A DNA stretch of 61,071 nt, the filler included, from Sphacelaria rigidula (lineage: Eukaryota): NCBI GenBank assembly GCA_964200075.2. It is 7 parts of 7 records of this genome, joined end to end, with 100 filler letters (N's around TTAATTAATTAA, not from the genome) between each part and the next. Parts side by side here need not be neighbours in the genome. Positions count along the whole stretch, not along the records: positions 8,741 to 17,380 come from CAXNAA020010512.1; positions 17,481 to 26,119 come from CAXNAA020010513.1; 5 more parts are not named here. One strand, written 5' to 3'. Made by a program: the position numbers and the translations under genes. Position 1 is the stretch's first letter. Every line of letters begins with the position of its first letter. Below are positions 11,819 through 23,178 of this stretch, piece after piece. The notes under the pieces were generated by a model that was not told the DNA's origin, did not search any database, and saw only the letters and a list, made by a program, of their open reading frames with translations.

Positions 11819-12902
11819 AGCCCTGCCGTGGTTTCGTCTATGGTTGGCAGGGGCGGCACGGTCGGGGTCGATTTTCTGGGGGCCTTGCGTCGTGGAGATT
11901 GAGGAGGCGCAAGGAAACTATCGGGGACCGGGGTGGGGGCAGGGAGGGGAAGGTCAGGACCAGATACGGCTAATTTGGTGGCCGTTTCGGCGGTTCGCCG
12001 TCCACGAGTCGTACTCGAAATCAAATCTCGAACTTGAACTGGTAAGGCGGAGTCAGCAAAGGACGGTTCTACACCTGCTGCGAAAACCATGCGCTGGCCA
12101 GTTGCACGAAAACGATCATAGCCAACAATATTCGTAGACAGTCCATTCCAAACTGAGTACAACGATTGAGGTTGCAAGCTGCCCAGAACGGATACGTGGG
12201 CTGTGGTCGTCAGCCCACCCATGCCTAAAGCCGGCGTTTCTCTCAGTGAAAGTGGTGTGTAGAGACCTTTATGTCCATTCCTGCCAATGAAATACACTAT
12301 CTTCGGTGGGATCGGTGATACGTCCCATGGGGGATTCATCGATAGGTTGAGCCGGTGTGGGCAAACGTGACAGAAAGTCGGCGTTTGCATTTTGTGGGCC
12401 TGTGCGATATTTCAACTCGAAGTTGTAAGACGACAGGATTTCGGACCAGCGTTTTACCCTAGCGTTGTGTTCCGCCATTTTGGCAAGGCTTTCCGAAGAC
12501 TTATGACCCGTATAAATCACAAACGGGATGTCATACAAATACTGACGCAGACGTCGCACGCCCGACACAACTGCGCCGGCCTCTTGTTCCATGACAGACC
12601 AATTCTGTGTATTCGGAAAAGTGGTGCGACTCAGATAGACAATGGGACGAACAGTAGCATCGACTTGGTCCTGTTCTAATGTGCAGCCAAACCGAATTTT
12701 GGAAGAATCTGTGTGGAGCCGAAAAGGGCGGGAACCCTGCTCCGCGGGCGACCAGTCGGGAAAGACGAGAATCGGCGGGCGCGAAAGGGTGTCAAGATGA
12801 CGGCGGACGTTTTTTTCCATTTCCAATGTGAACACAAATTTCACCCCTTTTTTTGAGGAGGGTGGTGAGGGGTTTCAGCGTTTGGGCAAGGTTTGGCAAG
12901 TA

Positions 12903-14187
12903 CACACGTGGACAAATAGCACCCTGTAGGACGAGCTGCACAGGGTTCTCCACAGTCGTTGTAAAAACCCCTGTGTAGCATTTTCAAACCCTAGTACCTG
13001 TAATGGCATTTTGGATAGCGTTTTTGTCGAAACCCTGCAAGCAACCCTGTGGAGAGGTCTTCCCAATTTGGAAAATTCCAAATTATTTTGGTAAAACAAT
13101 CTGTGAATTTATTTTTTTGGAATAGCTTCTCCTGCTGTCCGAGATAAATTCCTTCTCGCCCGATTTAATCGGGCGAAGAGGAATTTATCTCGGACAGCGG
13201 GAGAAGCTATTCAGAACAGATCCTTTTTCGTCCAAAATGAATGGGCAAAAAAAGGATATATTTCGAACAACTTCTTCTGCTGCGCAAATCCCATGCACAC
13301 TGGCTGATCAGGAATTTGAACAGCAGAAGAGGCTCGAAATAAATATTCACTTTGCGCTCCAATTCATCCGGAAATTGGGAAAAAAGAGATTTATTGCGAA
13401 CAGCGTCAGCTGGGCATATCTCGCATACTGCACCGTTATCAGCATATGGGATGCGACGAGCAGAAAAAAATGTTGAAAGTAATTCGTCCTTTTACCCCCG
13501 GTCCATGCACATGGGCTAAAGGATGAATAATTCTCAACAGCCTTTGCTGAATGGAGATCCGACACACTGATTACGATCAAGTGTGTGTCCACACGCCTAC
13601 GAGTTTAGATACGAGGCTTCCGCTCAAGACGTGGATATTCGGATGACGGTGTACACCTCGCATATGATTGCACATTGCGGTTGAAAACCCCGTGGTCCGC
13701 AGTCTACCAAAATCACTCAGGCGAATATGCTTTGGTTCAGAGAGATTTTTGTTTGATACTTATTACAAGCACAAAATAATTTCGCCGCAAATAACAGATC
13801 AGGTACCTCAGTAGGCAACCTGGCACACTATTAAGCACAAAATTGTGAGTTCGATGCTCACCACTGCCTCTTGACCGTTTTTCTCTGCCAGTACGATGCC
13901 CATGCTGCATGGAGTATATTTTTCGCATGCTATAAAGGCTGCACAGCATATTAACAGCGATGAATTCTACACGGAGTGACGAAATCCTATGAAGCGGTCT
14001 GCGTGGCACAAAATAATTACCCTACAGTCAAATCCCCGCGAGAAACCCTGCACAGTTTCCCTGAACCCTGTGAAGCGTTCTGTGGGGCGCAAAAAACAAA
14101 ACTACAGCCAGATCCCCGCGAGAAACACTCCACAGTTTCCCTGAACCCTGTAGACGTGCTCCACAGGGTGCTATTTGTCCACGTGTG
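12903..14187. mobile_element. 1285-bp non-autonomous TIR DNA transposon inserted in the gypsy RT/RH connection
   Basis: 25-bp perfect TIR CACACGTGGACAAATAGCACCCTGT with a TA duplication (GTAC is equally possible). Excision restores ...SYYRQY|LPNLAQTLKPLTTLLKKGVKF. Subterminal AACCCTG repeats. Confidence 0.92.
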
Positions 14188-14189
14188 TA

Positions 14190-15090
14190 CTGTCTGTAGT
14201 AGCTTAGACCTCCCAACAAGGAACGCAGTTGAGAAATGTCCCGTGGCATGGGCATATCGGAGAGTACGGCGACCTTGTCGAGGCTTGGTCTACGACCTTC
14301 GGGTGTCATGCAATGGCCCAAGAACTCAGTCTTCGTGGCGCCAATGCGGGATTTGGAGGGGGCGAGTTTCAAGTTGTGTGGTTCAAACCGATTAAAGAAT
14401 GATGCCAACTGTTCGACGTGTTCAGCCGGTGTGGAGTCGTGGCACACCGCATCATCAAGGTACATATGGCATTTGGGCAATCCATCAGTTACACGGAACA
14501 TTGCACGTTGAAACGCACCTGGAGCTCCGACGGCACCTTGTGGTGTAACCAGCCACTCGTACAAACTTGATGGCGTGCAAAACGCTGTCATTTCAATGGA
14601 ATTTGGATCCATCACGAGCTGGTGGTAGCCGAACTGCACGTCAAAGTTCGAAAATACTTTTCCCCCGCCAAGAGAGTCAATAATTTCATCAATCCGTGGA
14701 AGTGGCAGCCGGGCGATTTTGGTGACAGCGTTCAATCGTTGATAATTGACCGTCAGTCAGATTTTGCAATTATTCTTACGGACGACTGCTAAAGGCGAGG
14801 CCCACGGAGACGTCGAGTACCGAATTAAACCGGCGGACAAGTAACCATCGAAGATTAACTGGATCTTATCCGGTAAGAGGGGGTTCGTACGGTACGGGCT
14901 CATAGCGATAGGCGGAGTGCCATCAAGGATTTTGATCTTGAACGGTGTCGTGGTATATCGACCTCAATCCAAGGGTGCGGTAGAAAACCGTTCATAATAT
15001 ATAATCAAGATGGATCTCAATCTATCGATTGCAGTGGGTGTTCAACCATCGCCAGATAGATCAAAAACAATATGCCTAAGTGAGGGAGGA
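14190..15090 (-). pseudogene. Gypsy reverse transcriptase with in-frame stops
   Basis: PYRTNP...STSPWASPLAVVRK...NYQRLNAVT...LPRIDEIIDSL...GYHQL...TAFCTP...PQG...YLDD. Confidence 0.93.
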
Positions 15091-15092
15091 AA

Positions 15093-16383
15093 TAACCTCA
15101 CCGTAGAATGGAGGCGGAGTACTAGAAAAACACCGGAAAGAAAATGAAGAGAAAAAAAGCTACTGTGTTGACCTTCCCCGTGTGTGGACAAAGCTGATGC
15201 CACCACTTATACCAAAAGGTGTACGAGCTGAGCCAGCCGAGAAGCATATGTGTAGTCTGCGGGCTCATTGCACGGCCATTTTTTTAATCGCGTGGAACTC
15301 CCTGGCAGCAAGCCCCAGTGCAGGCGGGGGCGAGTAAACAAAAATCGACACTTTTTTTCCCTCGGAAGGGGGCAAAAAACGGCCATTTGGGGGCCGACTA
15401 CTTTTTTTGCAGCCGTTCGGCGGCATGGTTCAAGCACGAGCTGCAAATTTCAAACACATTTTTTTGACCCAGAAAACACCGTAAAGTTCATTTGAAAAAA
15501 AAACCCGATCGGACATCGTTAAGGGCCCGTACAAATTGAGGTGCCTTTACTTATGGGACAGAGGAAGTGACTGATTATTGCCCTGGACTCCTGGAAAACA
15601 AAAAAAACTTGTGTGCACTGGTATGTGCTTTTATTATGCCTTATTCATTGTACATACCAAATTTCAGCATCCAACTCTAAATATTGGCCGTACAATGGGT
15701 GGTTTAGTGACGGGGTCAGGAGAAATTCGGAATAGTATTTTGCAGGTCACTTACCGGCCCACGCTTGGTGTTCATGTCTTGAAATTCTGTATGGGCTGTG
15801 GCTAGGGCACAATTTAGGAAACAGAGGGGGTGAGGTCGTTTTGTATTTTATCCGTTGGTTTAGCGCGTTTCAGTCTGGTGAAAATCATTTTTTTACGAGA
15901 ACGCATGACGACCTCTACCAATATATATATATATATATATGAAGGCCCATTTTTACTATTTTTGCACACCTCTGTGGTTCTTTATCCTGAGTTTCACATC
16001 ACAATTATGAAAATGAAGCTGAAAAATTGGGATAGGGCCCAAGGGCAGTGTTCATTTCTCTTCAAAACTGCCCCAAAACTCGAAAACAAATAAAAAGAAC
16101 GAGAAAACGGACAAAACTGCTTTTTCAAGCTTTATTATGCACTAGCGGTTCTCTATACGAAATTTCATAGCATAACTCTCAAAAACTGAGTACCGGAGGA
16201 GAGATGGGTTGATCCCTTGAGACCACGGACTCATGCCGTGGAAGGGGAGGGGTTCAAAGTGTGAGAAAAAAAAACTCTCAAAAACTGAGACACGATATCC
16301 AAATTTAGTTCATCTAGTGCCTCTGATTGTAATGTACTGATTTTAGTATGGAAACATTATGCGCCCTATATTTCGAGATAATT
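15093..16383. mobile_element. Composite insertion of DNA-transposon fragments interrupting gypsy pol upstream of RT
   Basis: Pol reads ...FQTLWDD on one side and PPSLRHIVFDL on the other. The insert contains a TACGAGCTGAGCCAGC end and segments similar to 45360-45750 and 26480-27000. Boundaries are approximate. Confidence 0.75.
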
Positions 16384-18224
16384 AATCATCCCACAACGTT
16401 TGAAAACTGGCGCGTTATTCTGGGGAAAATCTATCCAGTAATGCAGTTGGGGGTTGAGGTTCAGGCGCATCTGGGGGATTTGTTACCACCAGGGGGTCAG
16501 GCATGTGTAGCGGAGGGGGGCCTGTGGATTTCGGGGGTTCGGTCGGCGAGTTGTTGCCCGCAGGGGGGCACACATCTGACAGAACTGTTCGTATGAGAGG
16601 CGCTTGAGCATAACCCAACAACTGACCGTTGAGCATATCGAAACATACAGGGGACGTGAGGTTAATGGCCTGTCTACCTTCGTGGACAAAGACCTCGGTC
16701 TGTTCAAACGGACCAACCTGTGCTTGGTCAGGTTTGAGCAATTCGACCAAATAATGTCCTGTGAGGGCGGGCGATCCATTGCGTCTCATGAGGTTTACTT
16801 GGATAAGTTGGGGTTCACGAGAAAGCGAGACTACAGGTTCACCAACATAGTACAGACGTAAAGCGTTACCTGTTTGGGTGGGGTCATCCTCATAAGCATG
16901 AGCTCCCGAATCAGTGTCGAAGTGACCCAGTGGCAGTTTGCCTGTGACTGGATGGTTCGGGACAAGTGTGTCCGTCGTATACGTGTGTGTGGAAAAACGA
17001 AGCCAACTATCTCGACCCAACAAAACATAAAAAAAAGCATGGAACCGTCGGGCACAATTAGTGCCCATACGGACAACCGAGCAGTGGGAGTAGTATCCTG
17101 GTAAAATTGTACACTTAGTCTCACCGATTGGTTGACCGTAAGAGATGTGGAGGATAAAAACCCACCAAAAACACGAGGGTGCACGGTGGACAGACAATGC
17201 TCGTCCCCCGCGCCTGAGTTGATCATCTGTTGCCAGCAGCTGGCTGTAACGAACGTTTGAGGCGAGCCAGAGTCTGTTAGTGCAAGAGCTATCAAATGAC
17301 AGTTTACACGCGCTCCATTTGTTGCTCGAAATTTCGAGTCAGATCGTCGTTGAAAGCAGCAACGGTTGTTCGAACAAGCTNNNNNNNNNNNNNNNNNNNN
17401 NNNNNNNNNNNNNNNNNNNNNNNNTTAATTAATTAANNNNNNNNNNNNNNNNNNNNNNNNNNNNNNNNNNNNNNNNNNNNTACGTTCCTTCCGTAGTTCA
17501 TTACGTTTCTTCCATACATTACACAAGAACCTCTTACATATCTTATCCCCGTTTATTGCTAAGGGGGGGGGGGGCTTTGAAGGGGATAACCTCCTCGCGT
17601 GAGAACCCGCCTGAAGTACTCATTATCATTGTGCCCGACGCCACATACGTGACTAGACCACAATCCGACTACAGAAGAAGCGAAGAAACGAAAAAGTCCC
17701 GCGAACATAGCTTCGCCCGCCAAATCTGCAACTGATAGTGAATGATGCAACTATGATACGGAGAGGACCGGTGCGTCCGACAATTATTTGACGTAATGCT
17801 ACTGCAGTGGAAACTCCCGCGGTAGTGGTATACGTTATCCTCAGGGAAAAGTCAAATAGATGCAATGCAGGTTCAACATTTTCGAGAAGAGTCAGGTCGC
17901 CGTACGACTCTGAACGGGAAAAGACTCTGGGCGAAAAAGACGGCGTACTACTTGCACCATAGGGGTATTAAGCATTGAGGCCTGCGTCTCACACCGCTTC
18001 CCTCAGCGAGAGAGATCTCAGCAGAGGCAATATCATTGTCAGTGGTGGTTTTTGGAAACGTGATAATAATGGTCCTTACGCCGCAGCGTTTAGCGAGAGT
18101 TATCTGAGCTGAGGCAACAGTGATATGATTTGACCGTTGAAAATCCCCCCGAAGAAGTATACATACATACGTGGGAACCACCACATGGACGGGACAATTT
18201 TCCACAAGTGTCTGTCAAGGAGTC

Positions 18225-19043
18225 TAAGGCTACTACCCCTAAGTACGGGAGTGGTAGTCTCGGGAGCCACGGACTTGGCCATGGGACGTGCCTAGACAGT
18301 CCGTTCTTGTGTGGAGGGAGACTACAGGATTGAGATAACATGTGCCTCGAGGAGGCACCGGGATCGGTGCCGTCTCGAGTTGAAGTATGACTATTACTCC
18401 TGGGACGGGATGACAATGACCCGGACGGAATAGACGTTGGCCCGGACGGAATAGACAATGATCCGGACGGGATAGACATTGACCCCGTCGGGACAGACTA
18501 GTGTCCCTGAGAACGTTCCCGGAACGATGCCGGAGATATGAACGTTCCTGAAACGGGGGGGCGGTTGTATAGACACGTGGAAGACTTGTAGACTACCCTG
18601 GTACTCACATCACCCCCCCAGATATGACGGAGTAACCGTGTCCTACCGTCGACGCCAGTAAGGCTACTACCCCTAAGTACGGGAGTGGTAGTCTCGGGAG
18701 CCACGGACTTGGCTGTGGGACGTGCCTAGACAGTCCGTTCTTGTGTGGAGGGAGACTACAGGATCGAGATAACATGTGCCTTGAGGAGGCACCGGGATCG
18801 GTGCCGTCTCGAGTTGGAGTATGACTGTTACTTCTAGGACGGGATGACAATGACCCGGACGGAATGGACATTGGCCCGGACAGAATAGACAATGATCCGG
18901 ACGGGATAGACATTGACCCCGTCGGGACAGACTAGTGTCCCTGAGAACGTTCCCGGAACGATGCCGGAGATATGAACGTTCCTGAAACGGAGGGGCGGTT
19001 GTATAGACACGTGGAAGACTTGTGGACAACCTTGGTACTCACA
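18225..19043 (-). mobile_element. TRIM: two 385-bp LTRs and a 49-bp internal region
   Basis: Direct repeats at 18225-18609 and 18659-19043. On the minus strand the core reads C-TGGCGTCGACGGTAGGA (PBS) ... GGGGGGG-TGA (PPT). 4-bp TSD AGTC/AATC. The empty site GTCAAGG-AATC-ACC is visible at 19634-19647. Confidence 0.9.
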
Positions 19044-19130
19044 AATCACCTTTCCACAATGGCGGCACCATGATATAGCTCGTACGCTTCACGAACAGAA
19101 GGTCCTGGATTTAAATCCCGGATCCCACCA

Positions 19131-19383
19131 GAGTGATGCTACGGTAGGGTTGCACTTTTTGAGCGAAAATGTTTCTCGGGGTGTTGCACGGATCATTTTG
19201 AGAAATGGCATCATTTTCTCTTGAAAAAGACTAAAAATGGTGCCGATTCACGAAAAGGCCCATGTGTGCACCTCCATGTCCTGTCCCCAGATATTTGGGT
19301 TTCACAGTAAGCCCCATACATTTGGGCTCCTACAAAAACGAGACCAAGAAACAAAAAGTGCAACCCCTATCGTAGCATTGCTC
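19131..19383. mobile_element. MITE with GAG..CTC ends and 4-bp TSD (Sola2-like)
   Basis: TIR GAGTGATGCTACGGTAGGG(G)TTGCACTTTTT / AAAAAGTGCAACCCCTATCGTAGCATTGCTC. TSD ACCA on both sides. Confidence 0.85.
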
Positions 19384-20145
19384 ACCAAAATGATGGGAGC
19401 CAAGAATATATACGGTGAACACCCTCTGAAGCAAAGTTCATAACTCACGAAAAATTACCTGCGGCGATTGTTGGTTGCCCCAACACACGTAGATAACATG
19501 TGAATCAAAAAGCAAGATTCCAACCGCTAGTCGGCACAAAACGTTACTCCTACAAATCTCCAAGAGGTTCATGATAGGGGGGGGTGATGTGGAAACCACC
19601 ACATAGAAGAGACTAATATTCCCACAAGTGTATGTCAAGGAATCACCCTTCACATGTGAGGAAATAAAGTGAGATCGACTGATTTCAAATGCAAAATTTC
19701 AGGGGGAAGTTAAATCGTATGGCCCCAACCGGATTACTTCTCACCATTATCGTGCGAAAAATGGCATACTTGCACCACACGGCCCGACAACATCGAGGCC
19801 AGTGGCTGACGCTGGTGGAGTGATGGAGCCACAGAGAGGGAGCGAGAGGAAGTAATTGAGAGGTGAATATGGTCAACAGAGAGAGAGGAGCTGTCGGCGA
19901 ATCGAAGAATCGGGGAGTTCCGACAATGAAAACGGAAGAAATACTGCCGTGTGGTTCATCGCAGAACGTAAAATGTTGCGCCGCCGTTCATCACATAGAT
20001 GTGAAGTTCCCGGGGGGAAAACTGATATATGGTTCACAACGCTCGAGCGATTTTGGAAAAGGAAGTGCAATAAGTCTGTACCATACGTGGACAACTTGTC
20101 TGCAGCAGACGGGCCTGTCCGACCATTCGCGACGAATAGATTAGT

Positions 20146-20351
20146 GCAACTCTTTTACTGCCAGGGTGGGCCATCTGTTGAATAGACATCATGCATGCTC
20201 GGAGAATGAATCCAAGACGATGGCCCGTCTTGGCGGTCACGGGATAATAAGCCTTTGATCGCCAGGGTGGGTCATCATCGTCATTTTCGTTGTTAGGGTG
20301 ATGGCGATGCCGATTCAACGGATGACCTGCTCTGGCAGGGAGAAAAGTTGC
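20146..20351. mobile_element. Short TIR element related to the piggyBac-like MITE at 25288
   Basis: CTGCCAGGGTGGGCCATCTGTTGAA mirrors TTCAACGGATGACCTGCTCTGGCAG. Shares GATGCCGATTCAAC with 25347-25360. Confidence 0.55.
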
Positions 20352-21247
20352 GCGAGGGTCATATAACGCGAATCATGAGTAGATTGTATGCGTGGTTGTG
20401 GGCACGAATGAAATAGTGGAATAGTGTGCTTCCTACGGGACCAGGATTTCGCTCTCGCTTCCCATCAGTGATTCACATACCATAGATCGAACGTACATAT
20501 TTCTCACTCTGCCGTTAGCTCGGCGTGAATCTTGCGTACATGCCTCCCACCTGTTATTCGTACGGCATGAATCACATGTGCATGTTCGCCATCTGCCATT
20601 CATACGGATTGACGCATGCGTGAATATTTCCCACTCGCAATTCGTGGGGAATGAGCCAAATTGATTTACTATCCTACCAGTGCTTCGTACGTGTTTTGTA
20701 CTCATCATTCGTATAATAGAACCTGGAGTGCGCACGATACCGTTCGTAAGTCGTGCGATACTACCTCGAAGGTATATTTTTCTCATCTGTGATTCTTACA
20801 TGACTCTCTGACACATGAATCACACCCGGCAGTGGCAATGAGCTAACTCATACGAGTCTTGATTCGTCCAACGTGTGAAATAGAGGGACTTATTTCGTGA
20901 AAGGAAGCTGCACCCGTTGCTGAGCGAACAAATCCCCACAAAAACGGTTTCTGGTCAGCATTGCAAAAGTAGGAGAGTTGCTGGGTCTTCGGCAGTGCAA
21001 TCTCGTAACGAAATATGTTTCTGTTCTCGAAGATGGATCGTACATCAGTTGTTGAAAACCTAAGTCGTGCAAAAATAAGAGCGAAACGAAAGCCCGTCCC
21101 CGCCCCGGACAGTACCAAAGCACAAACGACGGGGACCAAATGGCACCCTCTAATTGTCATCCAAAAGGAATAATTTGTACTTGTCGGGAAACCTGCCAAG
21201 ACTGCCAAGACTGATCCTATTTCCACGCTGGGTGGTTTGTCGCCTCT

Positions 21248-21399
21248 TCAGTGGCTGCAAGTCGGCGAGTGGAACGCCTTGTGTGCGTGGAGCGATGGTC
21301 CTCGCCTATCATCGATATCATCCATGTCGTCGAGAAGCCGCGTGGCCCTCGATATAAGCCACTGCATGTGACGTGGCGACCGATTGATCATGCTCATGC
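21248..21399 (-). CDS. Choline/ecdysteroid-kinase-like phosphotransferase, terminal exon
   Basis: Acceptor caagcAG, phase 1 matching the previous exon. Reads (G)MSMINRSPRHMQWLISRATRLLDDM...* with TGA at 21248-21250. Confidence 0.75.
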
Positions 21400-21969
21400 C
21401 TGCTTGAGGGTTGTGCGTGTTCAAGGCCAGAATGGAACGTGAAGCAAAACGCGACGTTATAGAACAGGATAGAGGGAAAAGGGCGGCAGTTTCACAGCAG
21501 GAAAAACAAAACATGAACGGAAATTGCAAGGCAGAGGTTTGGCCATAGTCGTGGGCGCTATTCCTGTATCGTACTGCAGGCGTGATCAAACGCCAACAAC
21601 ACGACGCGGACATACTGAACACTGCGCTTCCGATCCGCCCACGGATTGCGCATGACAAAGAATGAGACTACCGTCAGCGCCGTACACACAAATCAGGGGG
21701 TTTTGTCGCCCAACACAAATACAAGTTGACGCGAAAAACAGTGGTAGCAACAACTCAACACACTTTGCGTTCAAAACACTCAGCTAACCGCAACTAGCAA
21801 TAGCTTCCTCAGAGATTGGGTTACCGCCGTACAAAACACGCACGGACCAAAGGATGGTTGGGGACGCAAAACATACCAGTGCCATACAGCTATGGGGGCA
21901 TGGTGTTTTTGTCCAGCAGTACCACACCCTGGCTGAAGTCGACGGCAAGGAACAAAAACACAAGCTCAC

Positions 21970-22040
21970 CTGGCCCAGATTTTCGATTCCGCTCCATCTT
22001 CTCCGGAGTAAGACCCTTCCACAACGTTCCCACGACACAC
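21970..22040 (-). CDS. Kinase-like gene, internal exon
   Basis: Acceptor tgtcaAG and donor G|GTGAGC. Phase 2 in, phase 1 out, consistent with both neighbours. Reads (R)CVVGTLWKGLTPEKMERNRKSGP(G). Confidence 0.78.
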
Positions 22041-22960
22041 CTTGACATTCCGAGGGGGAAAGAGCGGGGAACAGATGAACAAAGCCTCCAAGAGCAAGCA
22101 GGGGATGTGGAGCACAGCCCGGGGCGCACGCGAGAAGCCAAGTGCAAGGCTTGGCGAGAGGCATCTCACGTGAACTTATAGTTCAGTACATATGCTGTAC
22201 AAGCACGGCGATGAAGTCAGGTAGGGATGGCCCCACAAAGTCCGGGCACCTTAGCCTGCTGTGGTCGAGAAGTGCTACATGTCAATACATATTTCGGAAT
22301 GGCTCGACCGCACGCTCATGTACGTACTTGAGAACATCGAACTGAAAAATGCCTCATACAGCCGAGGTGTAGAGGTTGCCTTCCACAACGCCCGCGAGTC
22401 ACCCGTCGTTCTTCAATCATCTCTGAACATAACATGAACCCCTCCCGATCCTCGGGACGAGTCCGCGGTCTCAAGGGCCCAACCCACGTCACCCCCGGTA
22501 CACCTCTCACACTTTAGTATCGTGGATTGGAACAACACCCCGTCGAATCTCGACATATACACTTTCTTGTTTACTCGCATCCTCACGGATTCAGTCGCGG
22601 AAATCAGATCCTCCGAGAAAAAAACAAAACTGAACCCACATCTACCGGGATCCAGATCAGAACTTCATCAACCCTAGGTAGTTTCAGTTGTACGAGCTAG
22701 ACCACCGGGATGCGGCGGATGTTGACCGGAATAGACACGGCACGCACGACGTAGTTTTGAGGAAGGTATTATTGCTCTACAATCGCTGGGACCATCATTA
22801 CCGCATCCGCGCTTTCTCTGTATGCATTCATCTTACCAGAGGGAGGAACTGATTAGTCTCACCACGTCGATGCTTAATTATGCTTTACAGTACCGACTAC
22901 ATGCTCTTGAGCGATCCCACTCGCGCGCACACCCCACCTCACCCCGAAACCGGGTGTCAC

Positions 22961-23178
22961 CTGGCATAATCCAGAAATGCCACGCGATAGTCCTCCATGA
23001 ATTCCTCGAAAGCGTACCCCGAAAATGCCGCGGAATCCCCGAAACGGGCCTCCAGTTCCGAAGTCAGCTGGGCGTGGTAAAAACGCAAGAGGTCTTCTTC
23101 ACAAGCCAAAGCGTTGGGCTCTAAACTGGTGCATATCATGTACGCGACATCTCCCGCAGCAAGCCCTTCTCCGCACCA
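22961..23178 (-). CDS. Kinase-like gene, internal exon
   Basis: Acceptor caacAG and donor AG|GTGAC. WCGEGLAAGDVAYMICTSL...EEDLLRFYHAQL...DYRVAFLDYA is typical of the region after DWQ in EcKL/CHK-like kinases. Confidence 0.88.

Larger units (their letters stand above)
9401..17380 (-). mobile_element. Degenerate Ty3/gypsy LTR retrotransposon pol (PR-RT-RH-IN-chromodomain); 5' end cut by contig boundary
   Basis: Domain order is gypsy-type: protease ALTDSGSPQTF (~17250-17295); RT SPWASPL...YLDD (14190-15090); RNase H LHTDSS...EQEA...NANADFLSR (12269-12900); integrase zinc finger CLLC with WDYFG/SDNG/TERVN (10199-11818); chromo-like domain (~9860-10000). Multiple stops and frameshifts. Confidence 0.95.
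18170..19654 (+). mobile_element. Miniature LTR element (TRIM-like) with ~67-bp LTRs and a tRNA-related core
   Basis: 5' LTR 18170-18224 plus 19048-19058 matches 3' LTR 19588-19654 (TGTGG..AACCACCACAT...GTCAAGG..TCACC..CACA). TGG-starting PBS-like site at 19060 and G-run PPT before 19588. No matching TSD. Confidence 0.75.

Noticed and set aside
19060-19130. Functional tRNA gene
   Set aside because: Only the 3' half is tRNA-like, the T-loop is mutated, there is no acceptor 5' strand or D-arm, and it lies inside an LTR element.
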